DNA of 50,432 nucleotides from Pararhizobium sp. (GCA_051960215.1 JBQCEN010000080.1:1-50432); one strand, 5' to 3'; shown: positions 22,536 to 33,658, counted from the stretch's first letter. A program made the numbers and translations. The notes: generated from the sequence alone by a model not told the origin.

Positions 22536-24226
22536 ATGCCCTCGATCGCCTGCAGCGTCAGCCGTTCCTCGTCGCGCCGGCGGATGTCCTCGCCGATGGC
22601 GAATGCCGTCGCCTCGTCGAGGCCGAGGCCTTCGAGCGTCCGGCGGCCGAAGAGAAGGCCCGACTCGAACGTCTCGCGGAGTTCGTAGTCGACACCGCGC
22701 TCGCGCAGCGCCAGCGTATGGACGCGGTCATAGGAGCGGGCGAAGATCCTCGCGCCGGGATAGTCGGTCTTGATCAGGTCGACAATCCGGTCGGTGATCT
22801 CCTTCTTGTGCGTGCAGACCGCGACGATCTTCGCCTTCTCGATCCCCGCTGCCTGCAGCACGTCCTTGCGCGCCCCGTCGCCGTAGTAGATGCGGAAGCC
22901 GAAGCGCATCGCCTGGCGCACGCGGTCGGCCGAGTGGTCGATGACCGTCACGTCGATGCCGCCGGCAAGCAGGATCTGGCAGGCGATCTGGCCGAAGCGC
23001 GAGAAGCCGATCATCAGCACGTCGGAGCCCGCGCCGTCGAAATCCTCGTCGAGCTCCTCGACGGCTTCGCCCTCGCGGAGCAGGCGCTTGGACAAGAGCG
23101 CGACGACCGGCGTCAGCGCCATGCTCAGGGTCACGACGACGATCAGCAGCGACGCCGTCGCGGCCGGAAAGATGCCGGCGGCCGCCGCGGCTGTGAAGAT
23201 GACGAAGCCGAACTCGCCGCCCTGCGGCAGAAGGCCCGCGATCTGGACGCTGTCGTTGTGATCCGACCCGAAGAGCCGGCAGACGCCGTAGACGGTCGCG
23301 AACTTCGCGATGAGCACCGCCGGAACGGCGAGCAGGATGGCGACGAGGTTGCCGGCGATGACGTTCAGATCGAGCGACAGGCCGACGCCCATGAAGAACA
23401 GTCCGAGCAGGATGCCGCGGAACGGCTCGATGTCCGCCTCGAGCTCGTGCCGGTAGGAGGATTCGGCAAGCAGCACGCCGGCGAGGAAGGCGCCCATCGC
23501 CATCGAAAGCCCGGCGAGCTGCATCACCATCGCGGCTGCGAGCACGACGAAGAGCGCGGCGGCGATCATCGCCTCGCGCGCCCCGGTCTTCGCGATCACC
23601 TGGAAGAGCGGGTTGAGCAGGTAGCGCCCGGCGAGGATCAACGCGACGATGGCGAGGACCGCGACGACGAAATGCAGGAGCGGCGAGCCGCTGGTCTCGC
23701 GGATGGGGGCGAGCAGCGGCAGGAGCGCGAGCAGCGGCACGATCGCGAGGTCCTGGAAGAGCAGGATCGAGAAGGACCGCTGGCCGTAGCGCGTGTTGAC
23801 GTCGCCGCCGGCTTCGAGGATCTGCATCGCGAAGGCCGTCGAGGAGAGCGCCAGGCCGAAGCCGATGATGATCGCGCCGCGAACGGTCTGCCCGGCGAGC
23901 CCGACCGCAAGCCCCGTCAGCACGGCACCGGTGACGAGCACCTGGATCAGCCCGAGGCCGAAGATGTCGCTGCGCATCTGCCAGAGCCGCGACGGCTTCA
24001 GCTCGAGCCCCAGCACGAAGAGCAGGAAGACGACCCCGAGCTCGGCGAATTCGAGCACCTCGCGGCCGTCGATGATCAGCCGGAAGACCGGACCGATGAC
24101 GACGCCGGCCGCCAGATAGCCGAGGATGGTACCGAGCCCGATGCGTTTGAAGAGCGGTGCAGCGACCACTGCGCCGCCGAGCAGCAACAGGGCTTCGCTG
24201 TAGAAGGTCGGTCCCGCAACCGTCAT
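22391..24226 (-). CDS. CPA2 monovalent cation:proton antiporter (KefB/KefC-like) with TrkA-N domain
   Basis: LALSSTA, LLFQDL, PQGGEF, GFSRFGQI, YYGDG. Confidence 0.92.
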   Translation of the reverse strand: MTVAGPTFYSEALLLLGGAVVAAPLFKRIGLGTILGYLAAGVVIGPVFRLIIDGREVLEFAELGVVFLLFVLGLELKPSRLWQMRSDIFGLGLIQVLVTGAVLTGLAVGLAGQTVRGAIIIGFGLALSSTAFAMQILEAGGDVNTRYGQRSFSILLFQDLAIVPLLALLPLLAPIRETSGSPLLHFVVAVLAIVALILAGRYLLNPLFQVIAKTGAREAMIAAALFVVLAAAMVMQLAGLSMAMGAFLAGVLLAESSYRHELEADIEPFRGILLGLFFMGVGLSLDLNVIAGNLVAILLAVPAVLIAKFATVYGVCRLFGSDHNDSVQIAGLLPQGGEFGFVIFTAAAAAGIFPAATASLLIVVVTLSMALTPVVALLSKRLLREGEAVEELDEDFDGAGSDVLMIGFSRFGQIACQILLAGGIDVTVIDHSADRVRQAMRFGFRIYYGDGARKDVLQAAGIEKAKIVAVCTHKKEITDRIVDLIKTDYPGARIFARSYDRVHTLALRERGVDYELRETFESGLLFGRRTLEGLGLDEATAFAIGEDIRRRDEERLTLQAIEGIYAGANMLLNRPVTPEPLLKPKRSSDVFDREGEKEPKAETRAAGPVEE

Positions 24227-24331
24227 CGTTCACCTTGGAGAAGAGGAGAGCATTCCGGCCCGCGACGAGATGCGAGCCTTGATGCGAACGCAGCTGCACA
24301 ATAAATGGTCCGGCAACGAAAGGCCATCTCC

Positions 24332-25678
24332 ATGTCAGATACGATCGATGCGAAGGACCTGCTCGACCGCGCCGAGCAACTGATTGCGCAAGCCAGGAGG
24401 GCCGGGGCCGACGCGGCCGACGCCGTCGTGGTGCGCGGCCGCTCCAAGGGCGTCTCGGTTCGGCTCGGCAAGGTGGAGGACACGGAGGCTTCGGAGAGCG
24501 ACGACTTCTCGCTCCGGGTCTTCGTCGGCTCGCGGGTGGCGAGCGTCTCGGCCAATGCCGCCTTTGATCCGCAGGCGCTCGCCGAGCGCGCCGTCGCGAT
24601 GGCAAGGGTCTCGCCCGAGGATCCCTTCGCCGTCCTTGCCGACGCCGACCGGCTGGCGCGCGAGATCCCCGACCTCGACCTCTTCGACCCGACCGAGGTC
24701 GAGGCCGAGAGGCTGACGGAGGTCGCGCTGGCAGCGGAGGCGGCCGCCCTTGACGTTCCGGGCGTCACGAATTCGAGCGGCGCCGGCGCATCGGCCGGCA
24801 TGGGCGGCATGGTCCTCGTCACCTCGCATGGCTTTTCCGGTTCCTATATGGCGACCCGCTTCGGCTGTTCGGTGAGCGTGATCGCCGGCGAAGGAACGAA
24901 GATGGAGCGCGACTACGACTTCGACAGCCGCATCCATCACGGCGACCTCGACGCGCCGGAGATGATCGGCCGCTCGGCCGGTGAGAAGGCCGTGCGGCGC
25001 GTCGGGCCGCGGCAGGCCGATACCGGCGCCAACATCACCGTCGTCCTCGATCCGCGGGTTGCCCGCGGCTTCGTCGGCCATCTCGCCGGTGCGATCAACG
25101 GCGCCTCGATCGTCCGCAAGACGAGCTTCCTGCGCGACATGATGGGCAAGCCGGTGATGAGGCCCGGCATCGTGATCACCGACGACCCGCTGGTGGTGCG
25201 TGGTGCCGCCTCCCGTCCGTTCGATGGAGAAGGCGTGAAGGGCGAGCGCCTCGCGATGGTCGAGGACGGCGTCCTCAGGCACTGGTTCCTCTCGACCGGC
25301 ACGGCGCGCGAGCTTGGCCTCGAGACCAACGGCCGTGGGGTGCGCGGCGGGTCGAGCGTCACCCCGTCCTCGACCAATCTGGCGCTCGAGCCGGGCGAGA
25401 TCTCGCGCGAGGACCTGATCGCCGGCGTCGGCACCGGCTTCTATGTCACCGAGGTCATCGGCCAGGGCGTCGACCTCGTCACCGGCGAATACAGCCGCGG
25501 CGCCTCCGGCTTCTGGATCGAGAATGGCGAGCTTGCCTACCCCGTCTCGGAAGTGACCATCGCCTCGAACCTCAAGGACATGTTCATGCGCGTCACGCCG
25601 GCAAGCGACATCGACCGGAAGTTCGGCACCGCCGCGCCGACGCTCGCCATAGAAGGCATGACGCTTGCCGGGCGCTGA
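24332..25678 (+). CDS. pmbA: TldD/PmbA family protein (PmbA/TldE type)
   Basis: SRPFDGEGV, TGEYSRGASGFWIENGE, EVTIASNL. Confidence 0.88.
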   Translation: MSDTIDAKDLLDRAEQLIAQARRAGADAADAVVVRGRSKGVSVRLGKVEDTEASESDDFSLRVFVGSRVASVSANAAFDPQALAERAVAMARVSPEDPFAVLADADRLAREIPDLDLFDPTEVEAERLTEVALAAEAAALDVPGVTNSSGAGASAGMGGMVLVTSHGFSGSYMATRFGCSVSVIAGEGTKMERDYDFDSRIHHGDLDAPEMIGRSAGEKAVRRVGPRQADTGANITVVLDPRVARGFVGHLAGAINGASIVRKTSFLRDMMGKPVMRPGIVITDDPLVVRGAASRPFDGEGVKGERLAMVEDGVLRHWFLSTGTARELGLETNGRGVRGGSSVTPSSTNLALEPGEISREDLIAGVGTGFYVTEVIGQGVDLVTGEYSRGASGFWIENGELAYPVSEVTIASNLKDMFMRVTPASDIDRKFGTAAPTLAIEGMTLAGR

Positions 25679-26483
25679 CATATCGCCGGAGGAGGCCGCC
25701 GCCGACCTCGCGCTGATCCGCGACGCGGCGATCGATGCCGGCGACATGGCGCTTGGCTATTTCCGGCAGAACCCGGACGTCTGGTACAAGAACCATGACC
25801 GCTCGCCGGTCAGCGCCGCCGATCTTGCGATCGACGCGATGCTGCACGAGCGGCTCGGCCGCACCCGCCCCGACTACGGCTGGCTGTCGGAGGAGCGGGA
25901 GGATACGCCGGAGCGGCTGTCGTGCGACCGGCTCTTCGTCGTCGATCCGATCGACGGCACGCGCTCCTTCATCTCCGGCAAGGAATTGTGGTGCATTTCG
26001 GTGGCCGTCGTCAGCGGCGGGCGCAGCGTCGCAGGCGTGCTCGTGGCGCCGGCGACGGGCGAGGTGTTCGCCGCCCATGCCGGCGGGGCGGCCAGGAAGA
26101 ATGGCTCCGTTATCACCGTCCGGCCCGCGCCGCAGACGGGGGAGAAGCTTGTCGTCGCCGCGCCGACGCGGCTTACGTCCCGCCTGCCGGCGCCGCTCGC
26201 GCAGATGATCGCGTCTGTGGGCCACATCCCGTCTCTCGCCTACCGGATCGCCATGGTCGCGGACGGACGGCTCGACGCGACGCTGGTGCGCGAGGACGCC
26301 AACGATTGGGATATCGCTGCCGCCCATATCATCCTCGAATGCGCCGGCGGCGGCCTCGTCAAGGCGACTGGCGAGGCGGTCACCTACAATCGCGCCCAGA
26401 CGCGACACGGCATCCTCATCGCGGGCTCCGGGGCGGTGCTGCCGCGGCTGGCGGCCGCCTCGGGCGAACTGGCCGGCCATTGA
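25665..26483 (+). CDS. Inositol monophosphatase family / CysQ-like nucleotidase
   Basis: SPVSAAD, WLSEE, DPIDGT and WDIAAA motifs. Confidence 0.88.
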   Translation: MPGADISPEEAAADLALIRDAAIDAGDMALGYFRQNPDVWYKNHDRSPVSAADLAIDAMLHERLGRTRPDYGWLSEEREDTPERLSCDRLFVVDPIDGTRSFISGKELWCISVAVVSGGRSVAGVLVAPATGEVFAAHAGGAARKNGSVITVRPAPQTGEKLVVAAPTRLTSRLPAPLAQMIASVGHIPSLAYRIAMVADGRLDATLVREDANDWDIAAAHIILECAGGGLVKATGEAVTYNRAQTRHGILIAGSGAVLPRLAAASGELAGH

Positions 26484-26547
26484 CCTTTCCGGGGTTTTGT
26501 CTCAAACCCGCGACCTCGACAATCGGACAGTTCACGGAGCGAATTCC

Positions 26548-26796
26548 ATGGCCGGGGAACACCCGAAGCAGCTTCTGCATCTCGTCTTCGGCGGCGAGCT
26601 TTCGAACCTCAAGGAGATGCAGTTCCGCGATCTCGACAAGCTCGACATCGTCGGCATCTTCCCGAACTACGCGACGGCGCTCGAGGCATGGAAGTCCAAG
26701 GCGCAGATGACGGTGGACAACGCCCACATGCGCTATTTCATCGTCCATATGCACAGGCTCCTCGATCCCGAGACGGGCGACAAGATCGGCGGCTGA
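26548..26796 (+). CDS. DUF4170 family protein
   Basis: QLLHLVFGGEL...DIVGIFPNY...TVDNAHMRYFIVHMHRLLDP. GGAG RBS. Confidence 0.82.
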   Translation: MAGEHPKQLLHLVFGGELSNLKEMQFRDLDKLDIVGIFPNYATALEAWKSKAQMTVDNAHMRYFIVHMHRLLDPETGDKIGG

Positions 26797-26797
26797 G

Positions 26798-27595
26798 ATG
26801 GCCGCTTCCGGGCCGCGAGCAGATGTGAGCGCCACTGTGCCGGCGAAAGTCAAAGAGAACAGCGACGGGACGCCCCGCCGCTCGCTTGCCGACCGGCTCG
26901 GGAGAGCCGTTCTCGGCGCGCCCCCCTTTCAGGCAGCCGCAGCCTTCGTACTGCATCGCGCCCTCACCTTTATCTATCGCACCAATCCGCCTGTCGCCGG
27001 TTCTCAGGACATGCTGGCGCATGTCGAGGCGCATTCGCCGGTCATCATCGCGATGTGGCACGGCCAGCAGATGCTCGCCCAGTTCACGCGGCCGAGGGGC
27101 GAGCCCGTGGCGGGCCTCGTCTCGCGCAGCGTCGATGCGGAGATCAATGCCCGCCTCATCAAGCTCGCCGGCAACGAGGTCGTGCGCGGCTCCGGGGGCC
27201 GGAGCCGCAAGGCGGCGGGGCGCAAGGGTGGCGTCGCGGCGCTGATCGCCATGAGGGACGCCTTGCGCCGCGGCCGCCACGTGGTGATGATCGCCGACAT
27301 CTCGAAAGGTGCGCCGCGCGAGGCGGGCGAGGGGATTGTCGCGCTGGCCCGCATCTCGGGGCGGCCGATCGTGCCGCTGGCGCTCGCCACGAGCCGCCAT
27401 TATGTCGTCAAGAGCGCGTGGGACAGGATGACGATCAACCTCCCGTTCGGGCGGCGGTGCCTGCGCCTCGGGGAGCCGATCTACGTGCCGGCCGATGCCG
27501 ACGAGCAGATGCTTGCCGACATCCGGCGGAGAGTGACCGAGGACCTGAACCGCGTGACCGCCGAAGCCTATCGCCTCGTGGGGCGTGCGCCATGA
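26798..27595 (+). CDS. DUF374 / lysophospholipid acyltransferase family protein (LpxJ-like)
   Basis: AMWHGQ, VSRSVDAE, VRGSG, WDRMTINLPF. ATGA-coupled to waaA. Start uncertain. Confidence 0.8.
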   Translation: MAASGPRADVSATVPAKVKENSDGTPRRSLADRLGRAVLGAPPFQAAAAFVLHRALTFIYRTNPPVAGSQDMLAHVEAHSPVIIAMWHGQQMLAQFTRPRGEPVAGLVSRSVDAEINARLIKLAGNEVVRGSGGRSRKAAGRKGGVAALIAMRDALRRGRHVVMIADISKGAPREAGEGIVALARISGRPIVPLALATSRHYVVKSAWDRMTINLPFGRRCLRLGEPIYVPADADEQMLADIRRRVTEDLNRVTAEAYRLVGRAP

Positions 27596-28917
27596 GCAGC
27601 GGCTGGGCCCGCCTTGCCCTGACCGGCTATCGCTGCGTCGGCGCCGCGATCTATCCTTTTCTCGGGACCTATCTCGCCTACCGCGCCGCCCGCGGCAAAG
27701 AGGAGCGCCCGCGCCGCTACGAGCGCTACGGCGTGGCGAGCGTCGCCCGCCCCGCCGGCCCGCTCGTCTGGTTCCATGCCGCGAGTGTCGGCGAGACGAC
27801 GGCCGTCGTGCCGCTCATCGAGGAAGTCCGCCGCCGCGGCATCTCGATCGTGCTGACCACGGGCACGGTGACGTCCGCCACGATCGCCCGCGACCGCCTC
27901 GCCGAGACGGTGATCCATCAGTATGTCCCGCTCGACCTGAAGCCGGCCATCCGCCGTTTCCTCGACCATTGGCAGCCCGACCTCGCGATCATCGCCGAAT
28001 CGGAAATCTGGCCGATGACGATCCTCGAGCTCGGCGCGCGGCGCGTGCCGCAGGTTCTGGTGAACGGCCGCTTGTCGGACCGCTCATTCCGCAACTGGAG
28101 CCGACGGCCGGGACTCGCCGATGCGCTCTTCGAGAACATGTCGCACGTCGTCGCCCAGTCCGACCTCGACGCGGAGCGCTTCCGCGCGCTGGGCGCCCGG
28201 CCGGTGACGGTGTCGGGCAACCTCAAGGTCGACGTGATGATGCCGAAGGCCGATCCCGCCGCGCTCGAACGGCTCAAGGGCGAGATCGGCAGCCGCCGCA
28301 CCTGGGCGGCGATCTCCACCTTCGACGGCGAGGAGAAGGCGGCCGCCGACGTCCATCTGCATGTCCGCCAGCGCCACGGCGCCCTGACGATCATCGTGCC
28401 GCGCCATCCGGACCGCGCCGACGGCGTCGAGCAGATGCTCCTTTCCAGGAACCTCAGCGTCGCCCGGCGCAGCCGCAACGATGCGATAACGCTCGAGACC
28501 GACATCTTCCTCGGGGACACGATCGGCGAAATGGGGCTCTACCTGAAGCTCGCCGAGATCGTTTTCGTCGGGAAGTCGCTGAAGAACAAGGGCGGGCAGA
28601 ATCCGCTCGAGCCGGCCATGGTCGGCTGCGCCGTGCTGAGCGGCCGGCATGTCGAGAACTTCCGCGAGCCGTACCAGAAGCTCCTGAACTCCGGCGGCGC
28701 GAAGATCGTCAAGGACGAGGCGATGCTGGCGCGCGGCGTCGACTACCTGATGACGAACGACCACACCCGCGCGGCGATGATCGAGTCCGGCAAGGCGACC
28801 GTCGCCGCCATGCGCGGCGCGCTGCCGCGCACCATCGCCGCGCTCGAGCCGTTCATCAACCCGCTGACGATGCAGGCGCGCCTGCAGGCGCAGGAAGCCC
28901 GCGCGGCGGAAGGCTGA
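27592..28917 (+). CDS. waaA: 3-deoxy-D-manno-octulosonic acid (Kdo) transferase
   Basis: WFHAASVGE, ESEIWP, GNLKVD, VPRHPDR, DTIGEM, GGQNPLEP. Confidence 0.95.
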   Translation: MSSGWARLALTGYRCVGAAIYPFLGTYLAYRAARGKEERPRRYERYGVASVARPAGPLVWFHAASVGETTAVVPLIEEVRRRGISIVLTTGTVTSATIARDRLAETVIHQYVPLDLKPAIRRFLDHWQPDLAIIAESEIWPMTILELGARRVPQVLVNGRLSDRSFRNWSRRPGLADALFENMSHVVAQSDLDAERFRALGARPVTVSGNLKVDVMMPKADPAALERLKGEIGSRRTWAAISTFDGEEKAAADVHLHVRQRHGALTIIVPRHPDRADGVEQMLLSRNLSVARRSRNDAITLETDIFLGDTIGEMGLYLKLAEIVFVGKSLKNKGGQNPLEPAMVGCAVLSGRHVENFREPYQKLLNSGGAKIVKDEAMLARGVDYLMTNDHTRAAMIESGKATVAAMRGALPRTIAALEPFINPLTMQARLQAQEARAAEG

Positions 28918-28926
28918 CCGCCGGCG

Positions 28927-29955
28927 ATGGTCTCCGAAGCGCCTCCCTTCTGGTGGACGGAGCCGGGCTGGCAGGCCCGCGGCCTCTCGCCGCTCGCCTA
29001 TGTCTATGGACGCGTCGCCCGCCGCCGGATGGAGAATGCGCCGCGCGCGCGGGTCGGCGTGCCCGTCCTCTGCGTCGGCAACTTCACGGTCGGAGGAGCC
29101 GGCAAGACGCCGACGGCGATCGCGCTTGCCGCGCGCGCGGCAGCACGCGGGATGAAGCCCGGCTTCCTGTCGCGCGGCTATGGCGCTGCGGTGACCGGCA
29201 CCGTCCTCGTCGACCCGCATCGCCACCACGCCCACGGCGTCGGCGACGAGCCGCTGCTTCTCGCCGCCGCTGCGCCGACGGTCGTCACCCGCAACCGCCT
29301 CGACGGTGCGAAGCGGCTGATCGCCGAGGGTGCCGGCCTCATCATCATGGACGACGGCTTCCAGAGCGCGCGGCTCGCGATCGACTACGCGCTCCTCGTC
29401 GTCGATGCGCGCCGCGGCCTCGGCAACGGCATGATGATACCTGCAGGCCCTGTCAGGGCGCCCGTCGTCGACCAGCTCCGCCGTGCCTCGGCGCTGCTGA
29501 CCATCGGCGAGGGGGCAGCGGCGAGCTCCGTCGTGCGGCTCGCCGGCCGGGCCGCAAAGCCCGTCTACGAAGCTTACCTCAAGCCCCGGCCCCTGCCCGA
29601 AATTGCAGGCCGGCAGGTGCTCGCCTTCGCCGCGATCGGCGATCCGGAGAAGTTCTTCAGGTCGCTCGAAGGCGAGGGCGCCACGATCGTCCAGCGCCGC
29701 AGCTTCGCCGACCACCACGTCTTCACTGCCGAGGAAGCCGCCGACCTGATTGCGGAAGCCGACCGGCTCGGCCTTCTGCCGGTGACGACGGCGAAGGACA
29801 TGATGCGGCTTTGCGATTCCCACGGCGCCGTCGCCGACCTCGCGCGCCGCACCGTCGTTCTCGAGGTCGATCTGGTCTTCGACGAACCGACCGTCCCGGA
29901 CACGATCCTCGACGCGACGGTCGCCGCCTTCAGGAAGTCAAGGCTCGCGGGTTGA
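28927..29955 (+). CDS. lpxK: Tetraacyldisaccharide 4'-kinase
   Basis: VGNFTVGGAGKTP, LSRGYG, GDEP, DDGFQ, TAKD. Confidence 0.95.
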   Translation: MVSEAPPFWWTEPGWQARGLSPLAYVYGRVARRRMENAPRARVGVPVLCVGNFTVGGAGKTPTAIALAARAAARGMKPGFLSRGYGAAVTGTVLVDPHRHHAHGVGDEPLLLAAAAPTVVTRNRLDGAKRLIAEGAGLIIMDDGFQSARLAIDYALLVVDARRGLGNGMMIPAGPVRAPVVDQLRRASALLTIGEGAAASSVVRLAGRAAKPVYEAYLKPRPLPEIAGRQVLAFAAIGDPEKFFRSLEGEGATIVQRRSFADHHVFTAEEAADLIAEADRLGLLPVTTAKDMMRLCDSHGAVADLARRTVVLEVDLVFDEPTVPDTILDATVAAFRKSRLAG

Positions 29956-29964
29956 GGTCGGCCG

Positions 29965-30201
29965 TTATGGCTGACGGCCGGAGACGGGCAGGCCGCCGGC
30001 CCTCTGTTCGGCGGCGTAGGAGGCGGCGACGTCGAGATAGGGCTCCTGGCGCGCCACGCTCCAGTATTTGAGCTCCTCCAGCGGGATGACCTCGCCGGTG
30101 ACGGCGCAGACCACATGGGTGCCGGGGACGATCACCTGGAAGTCGCCGTCCAGATATCGGACCTTCGCCGGCCGCGCGCCCGGCCCCTCGAAACGGTTCA
30201 T
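29965..30201 (-). CDS. DUF2093 family protein
   Basis: YLDGDFQVIVPGTHVVCAVTG...LKYWSVARQEPY. Confidence 0.82.
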   Translation of the reverse strand: MNRFEGPGARPAKVRYLDGDFQVIVPGTHVVCAVTGEVIPLEELKYWSVARQEPYLDVAASYAAEQRAGGLPVSGRQP

Positions 30202-30290
30202 CCTCGCTGTCCTTTCCGGCATTTCCCGTCTTTCCGTCGGAACCTTCGATGCTTAACCCGGCGACGGGCGGTCCGGCAACCGTGGCTTCT

Positions 30291-32123
30291 TCAGCGCCGG
30301 CCGAACAGCCGCTCGATGTCGTTCAGCTTCAGCTCGATATAGGTCGGCCGGCCGTGATTGCACTGGCCGGAGCCGGGCGTCGCCTCCATCTGCCGCAGGA
30401 GCGCGTTCATCTCGTCCGCCCGCAGCCTTCGGCCGGAGCGCACGGAGCCGTGGCAGGCCATTGTCGCGGCGACATGCTCCAGCCGGTTGGCCAGATGCGA
30501 GGCGTCGTCCCATTCGGCGATCTCCTCGGCGAGGTGGCGCACCAGCCCGGCCGTATCCACCATGCCGAGCATCGCCGGCGTCTCGCGTACGGCGACCGCC
30601 CCCGGACCGAAGCGCTCGACCGCCAAGCCGAGCCGCGCAAGCCCGTCGGCATGGGCCATCAGTCGGTCGCAATCCTCCTCCGGCAGGTCGACGATCTCGG
30701 GGATGAGCAGCGCCTGCGCCGCGATCGTGCCGGAATGCAGCGCCTTCTTCATCGCCTCGTAGACGAGCCGCTCGTGGGCGGCGTGCTGGTCGACGATGAC
30801 GAGGCCGTCCGTCGTCTGGGCGACGATATAGTTCTCGTGGAGCTGCGCGCGCGCCGCGCCGAGCGGATACCCATCGGCATCGCTGCGAACGGGCTCCGCT
30901 TCGGCGCGCGCCGACGGGCTCACCGCGGAGAGAAACGGCGCGGCGGCGTCTTCGGCGAACCCGGCGGGGGCGGGCACATCGAGATCGAGCGGCCGGTAGG
31001 GCGAGGCGTCCGGTGCATAGGTCGCCGCACCATGACGCGCGGAATAGGCCGGCCGGTAGGGCGGCTCCGGAGCGCGGGCGCCGAAGCCCGGCCGGAAGGC
31101 CGCCATCATGCCGCCGGTGCCGAGGCTCGAGGCGCGGTCGCCCTCCCGCGCCAGTGCCTCGCGGATCGCGCCGACGATGAGGCCGCGCACCAGCCCCGGG
31201 TCGCGGAAGCGCACGTCGGCCTTCGCCGGATGGACGTTGACGTCGACGAGCCCCGGATCGAGGTCGATCGAAAGCACGGCGACGGGATAGCGCCCGCGCG
31301 GCATCGTGTCCGAATAGGCGCCGCGCAGCGCCGACCAGACGAGCTTGTCCTGCACCGGCCGGCCATTGACGAACGCGAACTGCTGCAGCGAGTTCGCCCG
31401 GTTGAAGGTCGGGACGCCGCAGAAACCGGTCAGCCGCACGTCCTCGCGCAGGGCGTCGAGCGGGATCGCGTTCTCGACAAAGTCGCGGCCGAGGACCTGG
31501 CCGATCCGCGCCAGACGGTCCTCACCCGCCGCGGGGAATTCCAGCGTCGAGCGGTCGCTGCCGGAGAGGACGAAGCGGATCGCGGGGAAGGCGATCGCCA
31601 TGCGGCGGACGACCTCGGCGATGGCCCCGGCCTCCGCCCGTTCGCCCTTCATGAATTTGAGCCGCGCCGGCGTTGCGAAGAAGATGTCGCGCACCTCGAC
31701 GACCGTGCCGGGGTTGCAGGCCGCCGGCCGCACACGCTCCGCCGAGCGCCCGGCGAGCAGGATCTCGTAGCCGGTGTCGGCGCTCGCGGTGCGGCTGCGG
31801 ATCGAAAGCTTGGCGACGGAGCCGATCGAAGGCAGCGCCTCGCCCCGGAAGCCGAGCGAGCGGATGTCGGCGAGGCTGTCGCTGATCTTCGAGGTGCAGT
31901 GCCTGAGAACCGCGAGCGACAGGTCCTCCGGTGTCATCCCGCAGCCGTTGTCGCTGACCCGGATCAGAGACTTGCCGCCACCCGCCGTGGCGATCTCGAT
32001 GCGCGTCGCGCCGGCGTCGATGGCATTCTCGATAAGTTCCTTCACGGCGCTCGCCGGCCGTTCGATGACTTCGCCGGCGGCGATCTGGTTGACGAGGGTT
32101 TCGGAGAGCTGGCGGACGGGCAT
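30291..32123 (-). CDS. mutL: DNA mismatch repair endonuclease MutL
   Basis: [36 protein letters not shown]. Confidence 0.97.
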   Translation of the reverse strand: MPVRQLSETLVNQIAAGEVIERPASAVKELIENAIDAGATRIEIATAGGGKSLIRVSDNGCGMTPEDLSLAVLRHCTSKISDSLADIRSLGFRGEALPSIGSVAKLSIRSRTASADTGYEILLAGRSAERVRPAACNPGTVVEVRDIFFATPARLKFMKGERAEAGAIAEVVRRMAIAFPAIRFVLSGSDRSTLEFPAAGEDRLARIGQVLGRDFVENAIPLDALREDVRLTGFCGVPTFNRANSLQQFAFVNGRPVQDKLVWSALRGAYSDTMPRGRYPVAVLSIDLDPGLVDVNVHPAKADVRFRDPGLVRGLIVGAIREALAREGDRASSLGTGGMMAAFRPGFGARAPEPPYRPAYSARHGAATYAPDASPYRPLDLDVPAPAGFAEDAAAPFLSAVSPSARAEAEPVRSDADGYPLGAARAQLHENYIVAQTTDGLVIVDQHAAHERLVYEAMKKALHSGTIAAQALLIPEIVDLPEEDCDRLMAHADGLARLGLAVERFGPGAVAVRETPAMLGMVDTAGLVRHLAEEIAEWDDASHLANRLEHVAATMACHGSVRSGRRLRADEMNALLRQMEATPGSGQCNHGRPTYIELKLNDIERLFGRR

Positions 32124-32302
32124 GCTTCCATTCTCGCGGATTCGGCTGCCGGAGGAAAGGCGGGCCGGCTGCCTGCGCAACGAGTTCAAGTATTGTAGCC
32201 CCTGCGAATTGAGGGTGTGGCGATATCAGAACATTAAGACTTTCACGCCACTGTGATTGCCCGGTGGGGACTGTGAATTGAAAGCAAAGGGAACGGAATA
32301 CG

Positions 32303-33658
32303 ATGTCTTCCGGTACCGAGTACGAGGGTGAGGCAGGTGAAGAGCACAGGATGGCTTTCACCGACCCGCTGACGGGCCTCGGAAACCGCCGTCGTCTCCG
32401 CGACAAGATCGAGAAGCTCGCGGCCGAGCGGGCCGACGATCCGGCGCCCTTCACGATGGGCGTCGCCAATCTCGACGGTTTCAAGCCGATCAATGACCTC
32501 TTCGGCCACGATGCCGGCAACGACATCCTGAGCCAGGCCGGCCATCGCCTGCGCGCCTGCATGCCGGACGGCGCCTTCGTCTCGCGACTTGAGAGCGACG
32601 AGTTCGCATTCGTCCTGCCGCTCGTCTTCGAGCGCAAGGGAGCGGAGCGGATCGGCCAGATGTTCAAGGAGGTCCTGTCGGCGCCCTACGACCTCGGCGA
32701 CCGCAGCGTGCGCCTCTCCGCTTCCTTCGGCTTCGCCGTCTATCCCTTCGCCGGCAGCACCTTCGGCGAGCTGATGAAGAGCGCCGACACCGCCCTCTAC
32801 CGCTCGAAGCGCCGCGGCCGCGGCCAGATCACCGTCTATTCCGAAGAGATCGCCGCGGAGATGAAGCGGGCGACGCAGCTCGAGCAGGCGCTCCGTCGCG
32901 CGATCATCGCCGACGAGGTCGAGGTCCATTTCCAGCCGATCGTCAATCTCGCCGACGGTCGCGTCGTCGGCTTCGAGGCGCTGGCGCGCTGGCTCGATGC
33001 GGAGCTCGGCGTCGTGCCCCCGGACGTCTTCATCCCGCTCGCCGAGGAGCGCGGCTTCATCGACTCCCTGACGGAGGTGCTCCTGAAGAAGGCGGCGCGC
33101 GCCGCGCTTTCCTGGCCGCGCGACCTCTTCCTGTCGTTCAACCTCTCCTCCGCCCAGCTCATGGACCCCGCGACGAGCTTCAACATCCTGTCGGTCCTGA
33201 ACCGCGTCGGGCTCGATCCGCGCCGCCTCGAGCTGGAGATCACCGAGACGGCGATGATGAGCGACCCGGAGACGGCGCAGAAGATCGTCGCGGAACTGCG
33301 CGCCGTCGGCGTGCGCGTCTCGCTCGACGATTTCGGCACCGGCCAGTCGAGCCTCGGACGTCTGCGCGACTTCGCCTTCGACAAGGTCAAGATCGACCGC
33401 GCCTTCGTTTCCGAGATCACCACCGACCGGCCGTCGGAGCACATCATCAAGGCGATCCTCGCCATGTGCGACGGGCTCGACCTCAAGGTGATCGCCGAGG
33501 GAATCGAGGAGGAGGCGCAGGCCGACCGCCTGATCGCCTTTGGCTGCCGCTCCGGCCAGGGCTTCCTCTACGGTCGCCCGATGACCGCCGAGCACGCCCT
33601 TGAATACATCCAGCGCCAGCGCGCGGCCAACAACGTCACCCCCATCCGCCGGGCCTGA
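32303..33658 (+). CDS. GGDEF(degenerate)/EAL protein, probable c-di-GMP phosphodiesterase
   Basis: DPLTGLGNRR. GGDEF position reads ESDEF. EAL, EITE, DDFGTG, KIDR and EGIE are intact. Confidence 0.9.
   Translation: MSSGTEYEGEAGEEHRMAFTDPLTGLGNRRRLRDKIEKLAAERADDPAPFTMGVANLDGFKPINDLFGHDAGNDILSQAGHRLRACMPDGAFVSRLESDEFAFVLPLVFERKGAERIGQMFKEVLSAPYDLGDRSVRLSASFGFAVYPFAGSTFGELMKSADTALYRSKRRGRGQITVYSEEIAAEMKRATQLEQALRRAIIADEVEVHFQPIVNLADGRVVGFEALARWLDAELGVVPPDVFIPLAEERGFIDSLTEVLLKKAARAALSWPRDLFLSFNLSSAQLMDPATSFNILSVLNRVGLDPRRLELEITETAMMSDPETAQKIVAELRAVGVRVSLDDFGTGQSSLGRLRDFAFDKVKIDRAFVSEITTDRPSEHIIKAILAMCDGLDLKVIAEGIEEEAQADRLIAFGCRSGQGFLYGRPMTAEHALEYIQRQRAANNVTPIRRA

Noticed and set aside
27055-27591. 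N-terminal extension of WaaA (620-aa ORF)
   Set aside because: Overlaps the DUF374 gene in another frame. ATGA coupling at 27592 marks the real start.
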